A stretch of 62,155 nt of DNA, the filler included, from Hausera hauseri (lineage: Eukaryota): the NCBI GenBank assembly GCA_046269625.1. It is 12 parts of 12 records of this genome, joined end to end, with 100 filler letters (N's around TTAATTAATTAA, not from the genome) between each part and the next. Parts side by side here need not be neighbours in the genome. Positions count along the whole stretch, not along the records: positions 10,013 to 14,968 come from JBJURY010379702.1; positions 15,069 to 21,967 come from JBJURY010053441.1; positions 22,068 to 27,116 come from JBJURY010351601.1; 9 more parts are not named here. One strand, given 5' to 3'. Below are positions 13,461-26,974 of this stretch, one piece after another. The first letter of the stretch is position 1. The number at the start of each line of letters is the position of its first letter. The notes beneath the pieces are model-generated. The model worked only from the letters and a program-made list of their open reading frames with translations, did not search any database and was not told where the DNA came from. The position numbers and the translations under genes are program-made.

Positions 13461-14968
13461 TTACACATTTATACAGTAATGTCCATATGCGACAATTTTG
13501 TTCCTTGTTATCCACTGACGTTTGTAATCAAATAGGTCAAATGTCTTTTTTTCTCGATTGGATTGTCATCAGCTGATGGTTTTTAGTGCTAATTTGTTCC
13601 TGACCCACAGTGGTGCTGCAACCGGTTTCGTATGCTTGTAAGTAGTTACTGAACTACAAATCGCTTTGTTTTAGATTGATGCCTTTGCATTTGAGGACGG
13701 GTTTGGTTTGGGTTTCGAGGGCATAATATTTTGGTCTGAAGAAAATTGCCTCTTGATATTCAACACAGCCCTTACTTTCGTTTTTAAATTTTCCAATTAC
13801 AGACACAAAACGAGTAGAGTACAGTGGATCACTCTTTTCATAGTTTGAAGTGTTCAACTGTTTATTGGATATCATTGCCGGCAAGAGTTGTGCTCGCAAA
13901 TCAAAACCGTGACATTCAAGAAAGAATCTGTCAGTGTCACCGGCAACAACATTAAGGTCACAACTGAACTGGTGTCTATAGTTCTCCAACTCGATATAAT
14001 TTAGCTTATACATTCGTAACTTGGATAGATCAAGTACGGCCTGACCAATGTATGAGAGTCTATCTAAGGTGACAATGTCATTATCCAGAAGAACAGCAAC
14101 CAGGTCATCTGCTATAATAATGCTCTCTTTAAACTGGGCCATACTAGCATATGTAATTAACTTTTTATCATTATTATACAGTCTCAAATTTAACCTTTTC
14201 AACAGGTTTTCAACTGTTTTCCCATAAAAGCTATTATTCTTAAGCTTAAAGAAGTCTTTTTTGAAAGGATTATTTACTGTAGCCCTCTTTGCAGTATTTA
14301 AGTCAATGTAATCCTTAAAGGCATAACCATGGTCAAACTCAACAGCCCGATGAACATTTTCAACTACTGTGCCTAACTCGATGTACAACTGTAAGAGCCG
14401 ATAGTGAACAACATAGTTGGACTTACGCTCATGTGCCAGCAACAATTTCTTTACTTTAGAACTAGGGGGACATTGGTTAATTGGGGTTAGAGGCAGTTGT
14501 TCCAATTTATCATGTTTGTCAGCTGGAATGCTCAAGTCAACTTCAAAGACTAAGCGTCGTTTTTCCTTAACACAGTCAATGAAAGGTAATGATTGCATCA
14601 GACTAGTCAAAATGTCTTTATCGTAAATCCAAGTCAGATTCGCAAATGGCAAAACTTGTGATAAAGCCCAGCCGTAAAAATTATTCACATCTATATACAA
14701 GAGACTGGTGCTTTCATCTGTTACAACTCTATGCTTATTTACAAAAGTCATACCACCGCTAATTCCCGATTGAAAGAAACTGTACATTTCAGGATCTTGA
14801 ATGAGCTCAATCTTACAAGGACTTGATTTCAATGCTGTGGCCCAAGACAAACCAGGAATAGAAACGAAGTTAACTGCCTCTAATCCATCCTGCAACTTAA
14901 CCTCTTTTCTAAACCGTTCAAAAACATCACCTAACAAGTATACGTCAAGCTTCATATATACCAACATA
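13461..14968 (-). pseudogene. polB: Protein-primed family B DNA polymerase (Polinton/Maverick type), 5'-truncated
   Basis: LDVYLLGDVFERFR..PGLSW..ALK, YIDVNNFYGWAL (motif A), KLKNNSFYGK (motif B), AGDTDRF (degenerate DTDS), KCKGI. After the stop at 13654 homology continues with a frameshift to FDYKR..VAYGHY. Confidence 0.92.
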
Positions 14969-15504
14969 NNNNNNNNNNNNNNNNNNNNNNNNNNNNNNNN
15001 NNNNNNNNNNNNTTAATTAATTAANNNNNNNNNNNNNNNNNNNNNNNNNNNNNNNNNNNNNNNNNNNNATCGTTAAAAAGATATTCAATTTTTGAAAATA
15101 CAATTATTTGTGACAGTGACTTTTCTTACCGCAATCGTGTTTTTTTGGATTTAACAACTAAATTGGTGTCAGATATCAAAAAACAGGTACGATTTAAACC
15201 AAACAACCGTTGTTGTACACTTCGAATATAGGACGTATTCTATATTTAATGTTGAGGTTTGTATACAGATTTGTATTATATGGAACTTATAAAAATTGTT
15301 TTAAAAAATTCTTTAAATATTGTCATTCAAATGTTGGACTCAGTTTTCATCTCTACCTTGGCCCGAATCTCTTGCTCATTGTCAGTGCCGTATTCAATGG
15401 TCATAATGAAGAATCAATTATTTATATGCGCTCAGTTATGCGTTATTTGAATTTATCCTTTTGTTTAGTGTTACGGGCAATTTCTTGTAAACGTATACTA
15501 AACT

Positions 15505-16007
15505 ATTTCGTTCATGTCAACAATCCGGACGTTTGGGTTTATCTAGGTTGTTGTCAATTCTTTCTCGGAATGCACCAAGAATCCGGTGTTTCAGCTAAGA
15601 AAGCCCCGAAAAGCCGATTCCAAAACCGACTGAAATTCCATTTATCGCACAAATTCAATGACAAACGTTGGCCAATTTCGTTCCATCAGAATTTTCAAGA
15701 TATTATTGAAGACCAATTATCACTGGCGTCCATTCATTATCTGCACAATTACTGTCAAGAATCCATTGATGTTTACAAACACATTTTGTTGGAATATCGA
15801 GATTTCTTTGCCTTGAACGTCTATGTTGCATTATGCTACTACAAATAGGATTATTATTATGTTTCGCAGGAAGTTCTTTAGATTTTTCTTCAACATTATC
15901 CAGATAGTGTCATTGCTATCAATTTAAAAGCATACAATCATTTCAAACTATACAACGGTAAATCTGCTGAAGCCGAATTGAAAGCTCTTTACGACGTTTC
16001 AACACAG
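15505..16007 (+). pseudogene. TTC26: IFT56/TTC26 fragment, 5' part
   Basis: QNRLKFHLSHKFND..FHQNFQD..EDQLSLASIHY..ALNVYVALCYYK*DYY.VSQEVL..PDS.IAINLKA.NHFKLYNGKSAEAELK; contains in-frame stops. Confidence 0.93.
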
Positions 16008-17376
16008 TGGCAGTTGAATTTTACATCAAATTATAGTTCGAATGACTATAAAAAACACAAATTACTTAACTAATAGTTTGCCACCATTGCATGAATCGGT
16101 TTCACAAATTTTTAATTGTAACGGACCCATCGAGTCGGATTCTATTGAATATGATACCTATGGAGGTAACATACCCACTCAACATATGTTAGATAAAAAT
16201 GCTGGGAAAATCGTTTCCAATAGCTTTGATTCCAGTTTCAATTCCAAAGAGGAAAAATATCAAAATTTCGTTGTGACAACAACAACATCCAGTAGAGTCA
16301 CTCCAAGGAGGTTGATATCATTTAAACACCATCAGAATATAGAGTTCCGATGATGAAATATGGTCACGTAATACTACAGTTCTAACATCTTCCATTCATG
16401 TAGAACGACCAAAATCTACGCGGAATAATTTTACATCGGATAGTTCCAAATTGAATTCCAATGCTCCTGAATTTAAACCAAAAAACACAGTTATGTTACC
16501 AGAGAATATTAAAAAGTTTCGCAGTAATGATGATGAACCAATGAAAGAAATTGAAAATCGATTTTCGAAGTTGAATATCAAATCTAATGAGTGTATGAAA
16601 AACGAAGAAAACTGTCCGAGAGTCAGTAATCCCAATAACGACATTATCAGCTTTAGCCAACAATCCATTCAATACTCTTCATGAATATGCTCAACAGAAA
16701 GGAATGGAATTATCCATCAGAATGACGGAGATGGGAGGACCTTCTCATAAGCCAAGGATATCTATGGCTGTTGTTTTAAATAACAGACAATTCGGTACGG
16801 TTACGTCTTCAAATAAAAAGGATGGCAAGCGGAAGGCCGCTGATATTGCTATAAGAACACTGATTTCTGAAGGGAAATTTACTAAATCAGTCAAGAAAGG
16901 TGATCCACCACCTTATGACTTATACGGTATTACGGTCACAATCATCTATGGTGTCTAGTTATAACAAAATTGTCAATCTTGTTTATGAAAAGTTTTCGCA
17001 TTTGATGAACGAGCTATCTAGAGAAAAAGATATGAGCCTTTCCGGACGAAAAGTAATTTCGGCAATTATAATGGAAAGCAAAGATGATTATAAAGTTGTT
17101 ACATTAGCAACTGGAAATATGTGTATAACAGGAGATAAAATTAGTTTACAAGGCAAAGTTATTAATGATTCCCATGTCGAAGTGGTAGCTCGTAGAGCAT
17201 TGATGTTATTCTTTTACAAGCAGTCATTTGAATACATTTCCAATTCATTTAAATCCCTCGATATTTTTGAGTCAGCTGAAGAGACCTGTAGTTTCAGGGC
17301 CTTTGGAAAACTTAAAATTGAATCTCACGTAAAATTCCATTTATATATATCAACAGCACTATGCGCTGATGGTGCT
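16008..17376 (+). pseudogene. ADAR: ADAR fragment (linker, one dsRBD, N-terminal half of the deaminase domain)
   Basis: dsRBD LHEYAQ..GGPSHKPR..NKKDGKRKAADIAIRTL; deaminase RKVISAII..LATGNMC..VINDSHVEVVARRAL (HAE-like), FHLYISTALCADG (STAPCGDG-like). Confidence 0.9.
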
Positions 17377-18016
17377 TCACAAATACTAACGGGATTAATC
17401 AATACTTTATCGGAAGCCCGGTTAAACTTAGTAATTTATTATTTACGAATGAATGACGTTACGCAAGCATACGAATTAATAAAAGACGTCGACTCAACAA
17501 CACCACAGGAACATAGTTTGAAAGGCGTCGTTAATGCTGTTATCGGGCCAGAACACAGATCTCGAAAAAATCTCAAATTAGCCCCACAATATTTCCAATT
17601 AATTGGCGGATCGGCGAGTGAATGCGATACAATTCCCGGACGACAGTACATGGCATCGCGTTTTTTTCTGTTGAAACGATTCGCGAACGTTTTGGTTTAT
17701 CTTAACTCAATCAAAATCTATTTCTACAAGGGTGATACGTTCAATTACAATCATGCACAGGCTAAAGCCGCCGTTGGTACGTGTAAAGAAGCCGAAGAAG
17801 TTTTCCTGTTAATTCAAGATTAAAAAATCAAAAACGATTACGTCTACCTAAGTTGGTTAGCCAAATGTTACATAATGAACAGGAAATTCCGAGATGCATG
17901 GGAACTGTATTTGAAAATGGAGACGTCCGCTGAATTTTTTAGTCTGTTGCAATTGTCTGCCAACAACTTACAAAATGGGCGAATTCTATTTTTCAGCGAA
18001 AGCATTCGATGTTTTC
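17368..18016 (+). pseudogene. TTC26: IFT56/TTC26 fragment, 3' part
   Basis: EARLNLVIYYL..TTPQE..KGVVNA..FQLIGGSASECDTIPGRQ..YVYLSWLAKCYIMN..AWELYLKMETS..KMGEFYFSAKAFDV; one stop and one frameshift. Confidence 0.95.
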
Positions 18017-18649
18017 GATGTGTTCAAACAACAGCTTGAGGTTAAAAAACTCTCCAGGAAACGTCAAGCTGAAATACTATCGTCTGTGATCCATTCAAAA
18101 AAATTAAATTCGGCTTGGCTTGATAGTCCAATTTGGGATATACCAAATTTTTCTGAAGAGGAAAATCAAACGCATGTTGTGGTGGTTTTTATCAAATTGC
18201 TTCAAGAACAGAGAGATAAACTTACAGATATTGTTATTAGTTTTCGTAATATTGTTGCCGAAGACAAGAATCATTTGATTGCGCGAAATATTATCAGAAC
18301 ACCCAAGTTTTACTACGGTATTCGTGAGAAAAGACCGGTACAAAAGATGGCATTGATGCCAGAACCTCGCCACCTAATTATATACGAGGACAAAAAAACC
18401 TGTTAGTTTTCACGTTATTTTATTCAATCGACTTTACTTTGTCACCATGATACAGGATAGGGAACTTAATTTAAGACCTTTTATGTCAAATATGGGCATA
18501 TCCAGATTGTTGTTACCTGCCGACTCTACAAGGAACGAAAATGTTCATGGTTCGCAGAATTGTTTACCCTCACCAAGAGGTAACTTATATATCGGTACTC
18601 CATCTTTTATAAATGATTTAGTTGAGGGACCGAGCGTGCCCGCCCCCTT

Positions 18650-21600
18650 TGCGCCATGTCCCCTTTCTTTTCTCATCCTTTCTAATAATAAACACGTCCA
18701 CACATTAAGGTTTACAGACAAACAAACTACTCATATTCTTTATACTGAATTGTCCTCCTATTTCGGCTTTTCTGATTTTTACCTTATGCACAACGGTCTA
18801 ACTCTGCAACCTTACGACTCTTTCATCCTTTGCACCCGAGAAATATTTCATTACTCTCACTGTCCATTTTCGCACCCGTGGTGGATCAGACCTCGATCCT
18901 TCTACTGAACACTTAACAAAAACCAGGTCTGGTCGTCGCCCTCTCGACCCTACACCATCAACATCTCCAAACCTTCCGTGTAAAGACTTTTTCCTCGATA
19001 AAACGAACTCGAGCCGAACTTAGCTACAATTTTATCTTCAATGGCTCAAAGCCAATTACATTACAGATCCCTTTCTGCAGGCTAACAGTTTAGTGCTGTT
19101 ACTCCCAGCCAACATCAAACAGCAGATAAGTAGCTTGGCTGACATACTCTCCTCCTCAAGCCCGTATGATATGCTGTACGAATCGGTTCTACATATCACC
19201 GATCCTTCTATCGACAGCATAATCCAGAAGTACTTTAACGAACACGCCATTGGAAATAAAAAACCATCAGATTTCCTTAAAACGGCCATCTCACAACTAA
19301 GCTGTTTAGGCGTGACTCCGACGAACAATGCTGATCTTCTTCGTCGATATTTTCTCGCATCTCTGCCAACCTCCATCCGAGCGTTGCTTACTGTAGTAGA
19401 TGACTCTACTGCCCTCGAAAAGCTCGCCTTATTGGCAGACAAAAGCTTCGATATTCTGCAGTCCAATAACTCGCAGCCTGTAGCCGCAGCAACTGCTTAC
19501 ATACTGCCAGACAACACTTTATTTGCACAACAACTAAACATGATGCAGAAACAATTCGATATCCTACAACAAGCAATTTCTGCAATCACTGCCCAACTCA
19601 GCGACTTATCTGTGCCACGAGGAAGCGAAAATCGTATTTCCCGCGATCGCAGTTTTTTCAGGCACTCTTCTCGTCCTAAATCTAAAGAGGGTAAAATGGT
19701 GTGCTTCTATGACAAAAAATTCCGCAGAGATGCGAGGAAATGCCTTTTAGGCTGTCAATTCTACGATGCACGATATTCCGTAAACAATCCAATCTGATTC
19801 TATTACGCAAAGTACCAGTCCTAGGCTAGGTCATGCGTGCCAGAATGTAAACATTATAAAAGGAATTCTTCTCCAACTTCTTCGCCTCCGCGCACTCACC
19901 ATTCCTCCTCTTTTTACCATTAAGTCTCAAAAAACCAGTAATGCCACCATATGCCACGGCACATTTTGGTACAGACAATATAGTTCAAACTACTGGCCGT
20001 TTCAACACCGTTTCTGCAGTCTTTCTGTTGAAAGCTGATTTGTTATTTGGAGATACATCACAGATAGATTTCCTTATTGATTCAGGAGCTGCATTTTCAC
20101 TTCTTCCTTTGTCTTTCGCTTCTACATTTAACACAGTTCTGTCTCCTCCACTCTTCACTGTTGTGGTCAACCTTTGAACATTGTAGGTACCACAAAGCTG
20201 CCCTTCTCATTCTACAACTTACCAGGGAAAATTTCCTGGAATTTTCACATAGCCAACATCAGGTCGTCCATAATAGGCACCGATTTTTTGGCTGCATACG
20301 ATATGTTAGTCGACTGAAAGCATAAATGCCTTCTGCGCAGAGATTTCACTGCCAATTCTAACAAATACTCACCAAACGATCAGCCGAAAACTTTGTCTTC
20401 CTCAGATCGTTCAAATATCAATGTGACATCCTGTCCATCGGTTGACAACAACGCGTTCAACATTTCATCAATATTTTCAATCTCGTCAAGTGGGAACAAA
20501 TAAATCTTAAAACATTCGGCTGAACAAAATGTCGTTAATGAATCACCTAGTCTTTCTACATCGATTACAGCAACTGACTCTTATAATGATATGCCATCAT
20601 CATTCTCATCATTAGATTCTGACCTTAAATCCTACATTAAGACTTCTTGTTCCCGCACTCTTAAGAAGTACATTAATTTCAAACCGCATTCTACAACATA
20701 TCACCACATAGTCACCGAACACCAAAGACCTATTAGACAAAAGGTCAGACCACTGTCACCTCGCAGACGAAAAGCCGTTGAATCAGAGTTCAACGAACTC
20801 GAAAAAGCGGGCATTATTCGACGATCTAAATCACCATGGGCTTCGCCTTTGCATGTTGTGACGAAAAAAATGGCACATACAGACAATGCTGTGATTATCG
20901 GCAGTTAAATAATATAACAGTCATGGATGCTTATCCTTTACCGTTAATAAATGACATCCTGCATAGCCTCACCAACACGAACACGTACTCCACAATTGAC
21001 TTGCATAAGGCATATCATCAAATCCCCGTTGCACCTGATGATATTCCAAAAACTACTATCATTACTCCATTTGGCCTCTACGAATATATCTTTATGCCAT
21101 TTGGTTTGCATAGTGCCTCTCAAACTTTGCAACGGCACACTGATACTGTACTCTAAGGCCTAGATTTCGCTCATCCATATATTGATGACATACTAGTTGC
21201 CTCTACCTCTGTCAAACAACATCAAGAACACCTTCGTATCACTTTTTACCGATTACATCACAGCAATTTGCAAGTCAACTTCGCCAAGTGTAATTTCTTT
21301 CAAAAACGTGTAAATTTCCTAGGTCACGTCATCACTCGTGACGGCCACTCTACACAACCGGATCGACTACAACAATTAAAGAATATAACGCTACCAACAA
21401 CTACCACGGACATGAGAAGCTTTTTAGGCACACTCCACTTCATCCACAAATACGTGCCTCATTGCTCTGAACTCACGGCACCTTTTGCACATTTATTTTC
21501 AGGAAAAAGAGGCAGTTGATCCACTAAACTCCTGATCTGGTAACCAAGTTTGACCACTTGCGCGAAGGTATTAAAACCGTTGAATTACTGTCTTACATTA

Positions 21601-21967
21601 AACCCAAGGTAGATCTTATACTTGCAACCGATGCCTCAACCACAGCTACTGGTGCTGTACTACACCAGATCTTTAATGGTATCGACGAGCCATTAGAATT
21701 TTATTCTAGGAAACTAACACAACCTGAGAGCCGTTACTCCACATTTGATTGCGAGTTACTTGCCATAGTTCTGGCAGTAAAACACTTCAAACACTTACTT
21801 CTCTCTCGTCCATTCGTAATTCAAACTGACCACAAGCCTCCGCTTCACATCATGTCGTTAAAAGAGCCATCACCAAGGAAAGAGAGACATATGTAGTATG
21901 GCCATCAATGCGCAAAGATGTACAGGACTGGGTTAAAGAATGCATAGCCTGTCAAAAATACAAAATC
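18650..21967 (+). mobile_element. Ty3/Gypsy retrotransposon (CsRn1/Boudicca-like), copy 1: Ubl leader - gag - PR - RT - RH - partial IN; decayed
   Basis: Gag KPSDFL..FLASLP..LEKLALLADK with C-x2-D-x9-C-x3-C knuckle; FLIDSGA; SPWASPLH, DYRQLN, YIDD; TDAS..RYSTFD.ELLA..TDHKP; WPSMRKDV..CIACQ after a deletion. Confidence 0.93.
19093..19797 (+). CDS. gag: Gag core of Gypsy copy 1 (the true ORF begins upstream and is disrupted)
   Basis: ORF track; clear homology to 27525-28340. Confidence 0.85.
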   Translation: MLLLPANIKQQISSLADILSSSSPYDMLYESVLHITDPSIDSIIQKYFNEHAIGNKKPSDFLKTAISQLSCLGVTPTNNADLLRRYFLASLPTSIRALLTVVDDSTALEKLALLADKSFDILQSNNSQPVAAATAYILPDNTLFAQQLNMMQKQFDILQQAISAITAQLSDLSVPRGSENRISRDRSFFRHSSRPKSKEGKMVCFYDKKFRRDARKCLLGCQFYDARYSVNNPI

Positions 21968-24214
21968 NNNNNNNNNNNNNNNNNNNNNNNNNNNNNNNNN
22001 NNNNNNNNNNNTTAATTAATTAANNNNNNNNNNNNNNNNNNNNNNNNNNNNNNNNNNNNNNNNNNNNATCTCCGAATAACGTATGGTATATATTTCGATT
22101 CTAACCAAGGATATGTTTTTATGTGTCAAGTTGTATCGTGAAAATTTAGATATTCAAACTCCGTCTTTCTTGGAACTATATGATGGCGCCGCGTTTATAA
22201 TTCAATAAATATGTTCGTGGTTTTCCCGCAGATCGCGATATATACATGTACGTTATGCCATTTTATAGAGTTTGTATTCATGCATACATTTAAATTTGGT
22301 TGTACATGAATTTAAATAAAAATGAAAAAATACAATTCAAAACTTTCAAAGTAAATTATACAATAAAATGTAATCATAATTGTCAGTGCATGAAATTACG
22401 ACATTATCAGTACAGTAAGTGATATCACCACCCCAATTAGTCAAGTAAAATCACATATTGAAGTCACAGTACAAGGTCATGTACTATCACAAATTTACTA
22501 CTTTTTAATCCACGGAACATTCAGGATTACCTATGAACCAACCCCAAAAAATTTTAATCAAAAGATAAAATGCTTGAAAAATCAGGTGACTAATCCTTTA
22601 AACACTTCTATATGTCGAGGCAATGTTCAATTTCGCAACAATATTCAATACAATAACACTATAAATAGAAACCTTCGTAATGTCAGTATAACAATGCACT
22701 AACAATATCTATTCTATATTTGTAAGCCACAGATTTTATGGTGACTAATTCGAAGCGTTTAGATTTACTCACAATATTTATCATGTGTATCCTAAATTTA
22801 TGAAACGCCTCCTGAACATCCGATAAAATTTAAACCGTTCGTTATATCCAATTTCCCCGATCCATTTTTGAGCGTTCTATCCATACAGTTTTGAGCAACT
22901 CACCTTAATTTATTCAATTGTTCTCCCGTCCATATTATACTGGTTATATTAAATTATTTCATAATTCACACTTGATGACTTAATTTCTCTCAAATAACCT
23001 CCGATTCTTTCCGAGTAACTATCCCTCGATTTTAACTGACGTTCTATTCATCTACTCCAAATTAGTCAATTCCCCGGAATCCCCAAGCTCCGAATATCTA
23101 GTTTTTGTAAATATAAAGCCCACTTACAACTTTCATTAATTACGTCCATTATAAGCATCTTAAAGATATATTACTCAATACATATAAAACTTGTCCAAAA
23201 CATATATAATCACAAATTTTACTCTTCACAAAATTTCCTGATCCCCTTTTTACCACTTAACATAGCCCATAAAATTCATCAACAACCAACCAATGTTGTA
23301 CGTATATGCATATATTCATTAAGGATGTCGCCCTATCCCGTGATGAAAAATAATCGCCCCTTATCAAAATGTTAGTATTTTAAATTACCATTTTTAAATT
23401 TCAAAATCATCGTTTTCATTATTCAAAACGGTAAGAATCGATTCAGTCAACTTTATTAAAACTCCCTCCTTTGTGTTCCACCGAAGCTTCCACTGACACC
23501 TGGACATCAACCCAATACTCAGTTCGTAGTTGATCCGAAAGTATTCATAATAACATTTCATCTTCCTCTTCGTTGGTTTCATCTGAGGTGGCATTAACTA
23601 AATATATTCCATATCTGTAATTCAAATCTCCAGGCTGCTTCCGAAGGGTCCACGGTATGCATATCGAAACTATCAATCGCTAAACGTCTGTACTTTCAAA
23701 TATTCGATCACACATAATTAAATTTTATGTTTACAAAATTATATTCAAAACAAATATGTACAAATAGACGTTGTGGTAACAGAAATACAATATTTTACCT
23801 TCTGAGATTTGCTCGATATCATTAGGTCGTCCTTCTGCCATTTGATTTTTGTTATTGGATAGAGAAATAATGATCTGAATATTGTCAAAGTTCGATTGCT
23901 CCGAATATCTTGTTTTCTCAATGTCTTCTATAATATCATTAAACATCTTGGAAACCTTTATTAACCTGTTATGCTACAATCAGCGATCAGGATTCTTTGA
24001 ATTTGAATAGAATTGTAATAACGTATCAGTGGTTAGGTTTGCGAATTACATCTCATTTATATACTCGTTTCGTTTTAAATTTGGAAAAATTTGCAATTGC
24101 ATCGTATTGCCATTTTTAGAATTCGTTCAATAAGTCCATTTTAAATTTAGCATTTCGCTACCATTGCGTTTCATTCTATTTTGATAATAGTCCTTGGTTT
24201 CAATTATATTTTAT

Positions 24215-24284
24215 AAATTGATTTTTAAAATTATAAAGCTGTCACCACAAAATTGATTTTTAATATTATAAAGCTGTCACCACA
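24215..24284. repeat. 35-bp tandem duplication between two divergent decayed ORFs
   Basis: aaattgatttttaa(a/t)attataaagctgtcaccaca present twice. Confidence 0.9.
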
Positions 24285-24417
24285 ATTAGATTTGGGTACA
24301 CGTTCCTTCTTACAAAAATCAGGCGAATAAAAATGCCCATCATGTGGGGCTTACAAACAAAATGCAAATAAAAATGTCGTCCGAAGTTTAATATTCACAA
24401 TTTGAATCGAAGTTACA

Positions 24418-25631
24418 ATGTCGTATTTTGAGTTGAAGATGAGTCTAAGAGGTCGTAACAATATAAGTATGATTATCGAGATGCAGGATTTACGAAGATA
24501 TGTGAAAAATATGGGTGAATCTAATAATCCACAAGTAATCAATGCCAGGAAGGAATACGATAAAAAGCTGCACCAAATGGAAGTTTACCATGGGTTAAGA
24601 GAACCAAAAACAGAATACGATAAAGCAATAGCACTTAAGAGTACTAACATGGCTAGGAAGAAAATTTGAATCAAGAAACAAAAGAGGAGAGAGAAGAAAA
24701 ATCCGACTACATCTTCAAGTATAGATTTGGATGCAGATACCGAAATCGTGTCTCAAAATGAAAACAAAACAACGGACGAAGTTGAAAGTGAATTCATTGG
24801 GCCATTGATACACAACATAACCAAGAATAGAGATAGAAACCCCTCTCAGGAGAAGGTCGAGAACTCGTTAACAGTCTACTATTCAAAAGGAATTAGAAAA
24901 GGAGGAAGACTTTACCATTACTTTAAGAGATGAAACAGAGTTAAATACCACTGTAATAACTCAAAACGTTCCGGAAGCAACATATATTTCGAATATCGAT
25001 GAAATTAATGAAATATGTCCATTACTACTTAGTGACAAGGAATCGGAAGATACGAAATCTATCAAATTTGGGAAGACTAGAAAATCTAGGAAAAATACAA
25101 ACGAACTAACCAAAATAAGAGACGCACTGAATGATCCCGAAAAGCTACAGGAGAACTTGCAAAAACTCCAGCAGATGAGTAAACAGTTGGATATTTCTGG
25201 GAAGAACAACAATTTATAAAAAAGCTATATAGAAAGCTTAAACCCGATCCTCAGAAACCGTATTAACTGCAAGAAACGCCGCAAAACTTGATAGAAAATT
25301 GGCAAAATAAAATAGAACTGTGGATAAAGAGTGTATCGATTTTACGAAAATATGGTGGAATAAAAATGAACCGTTTCTTGATCAGATTAATGAAGCGCAA
25401 GGACTGTTAGACACACTAAAGGACAATCCAAAACTAAAACGCGTAAGACGTAATTTAAAAAAACTGATACATGAGATCGAAGAAGCGATAATTTCTTATC
25501 TTCATAACAAGCCAGTATACGAGCTGACTAATGCCGACTTAGAGATATTGAGTACAGACCAAATTGATATTTCCTTTTTAATAGAAATATGCAGCTTAAT
25601 AAAGGATAAGCCTCGGAAATACGCAGTGTAG
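24418..25631 (+). pseudogene. Disrupted charged-protein ORF of unknown family
   Basis: Chain of same-strand ORFs with coding-like composition broken by single stops or frameshifts; no motif recognised. Confidence 0.35.
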
Positions 25632-26487
25632 TTCTTGGTCGTACAATATAGTTTTAAATAAATCCACAAAATGACAATAAATGAAGAATTGCAAAACGCT
25701 CTCGAACAAAATTAACCTTTATTCAAAGTCACACAAATTCAATTTAAACTTCCAATTCCAACGATCCATGTTAACACCATCAATTCCATTTGCATCTAAG
25801 GATCTAAGTCAACTCATGGTAATTTGTATTTGATATATTTGATTCATGCAACACTGCCTTCTTGAATTTCAAAATTGCCCTATTAAGATATTCACAAACT
25901 AACTCTGGGCTATCTGTGATGAGATCTTTCAAATGACGTTTACAAACTTTAAATCGCTATTTCATTTTTGTTTCCAATAAGAATTAAACAAAAAATTTCT
26001 GTCCGTATCAAAATAATTGTTTTTTTAATGTTGATGTTAGCTGAGATTCACCAAACATATTTTCAACCAACATTGCTCCGTGTTATAAAAGATAATGACA
26101 TAATTGGTACTGACCATTGGCTGCAACTTCATAAAGAGATGTATTATCCATTCGGCCAATTCATTATTTCCAGCTAACCAGGCATAAAACGGAGTGTTGT
26201 TTTCCCATTTCGTCTTTTCAATCGCAGGGCACAAATCTGAAGCTACAAGCAGAATATTTGATAAACATTTTCGTTTTGGCCGAACATTGTGTAAAATTTC
26301 GAAGGAATACATGAATTTGGGTTGTTCTGGTTACAATGAGTTACCCGAGCACGACGAGAAAAACCAACAAAAATGCAACCATTTACCGGCAATTACTAAC
26401 AAAAGGAACAATTTAAAATGATAACAATGTATGAATTGAATCTAACTGTTAGGCACAACAGGCACCACACATGCCGATGGAGGGAAT

Positions 26488-26810
26488 TTGGCGACTCATT
26501 CATGTGCACTGTATGCACTGTCGTGGGGTGCCAACAACACGGTCATTGTTGCACAGTCACGGGAGAATCTATGTATCTGGTACAACATCAAATGTCCAGA
26601 TCGGCTAACGATACTGCCGTTGAAAGGAGATGTGACAGATATTCTGCGGCTCCCCTATGCTCTGGACGAAGGGCCGATTGAATTTTAAATTGCTCTAGGA
26701 GATTGTGATTTCGGTCGGGAAATGATATTCTTAGAGTCCATCGAAACATCTGAGAAAACCGAATCAATAGGGAGACATTTAAATAAACGAATATTAAAAG
26801 CTGGTGGAGA
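26488..26810 (+). pseudogene. IFT172: IFT172 fragment with internal deletions
   Basis: THSCALYALSWG joined directly to VIVAQSRENLCIWYNIKCPDRLTILPLKGDV and YALDEGPIEF*IAL..DFGR..FLESIE; these correspond to distant parts of IFT172. Confidence 0.82.
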
Positions 26811-26974
26811 TTTTACCGATGTTTCTGGAGGTAAGAATTGTTTTGTAAAATAAGTGAACTTTCAATCGTTTTTAACAATGGATACCAGCTCTTTTTGCGC
26901 AACACGTACAATACTTAGCTATGAAACCGATAAAAAAATTTCAAAGTGTGTGCTTGTTGTAGATACTTATTACA

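Noticed and set aside
19929-19935. AAAAAAC -1 slippery site at the gag/pol junction
   Set aside because: Plausible but ordinary, and local decay prevents checking the frames.
23630-23670. Helitron-like SEAAWR motif
   Set aside because: Six residues only, with no Rep or helicase motifs nearby.
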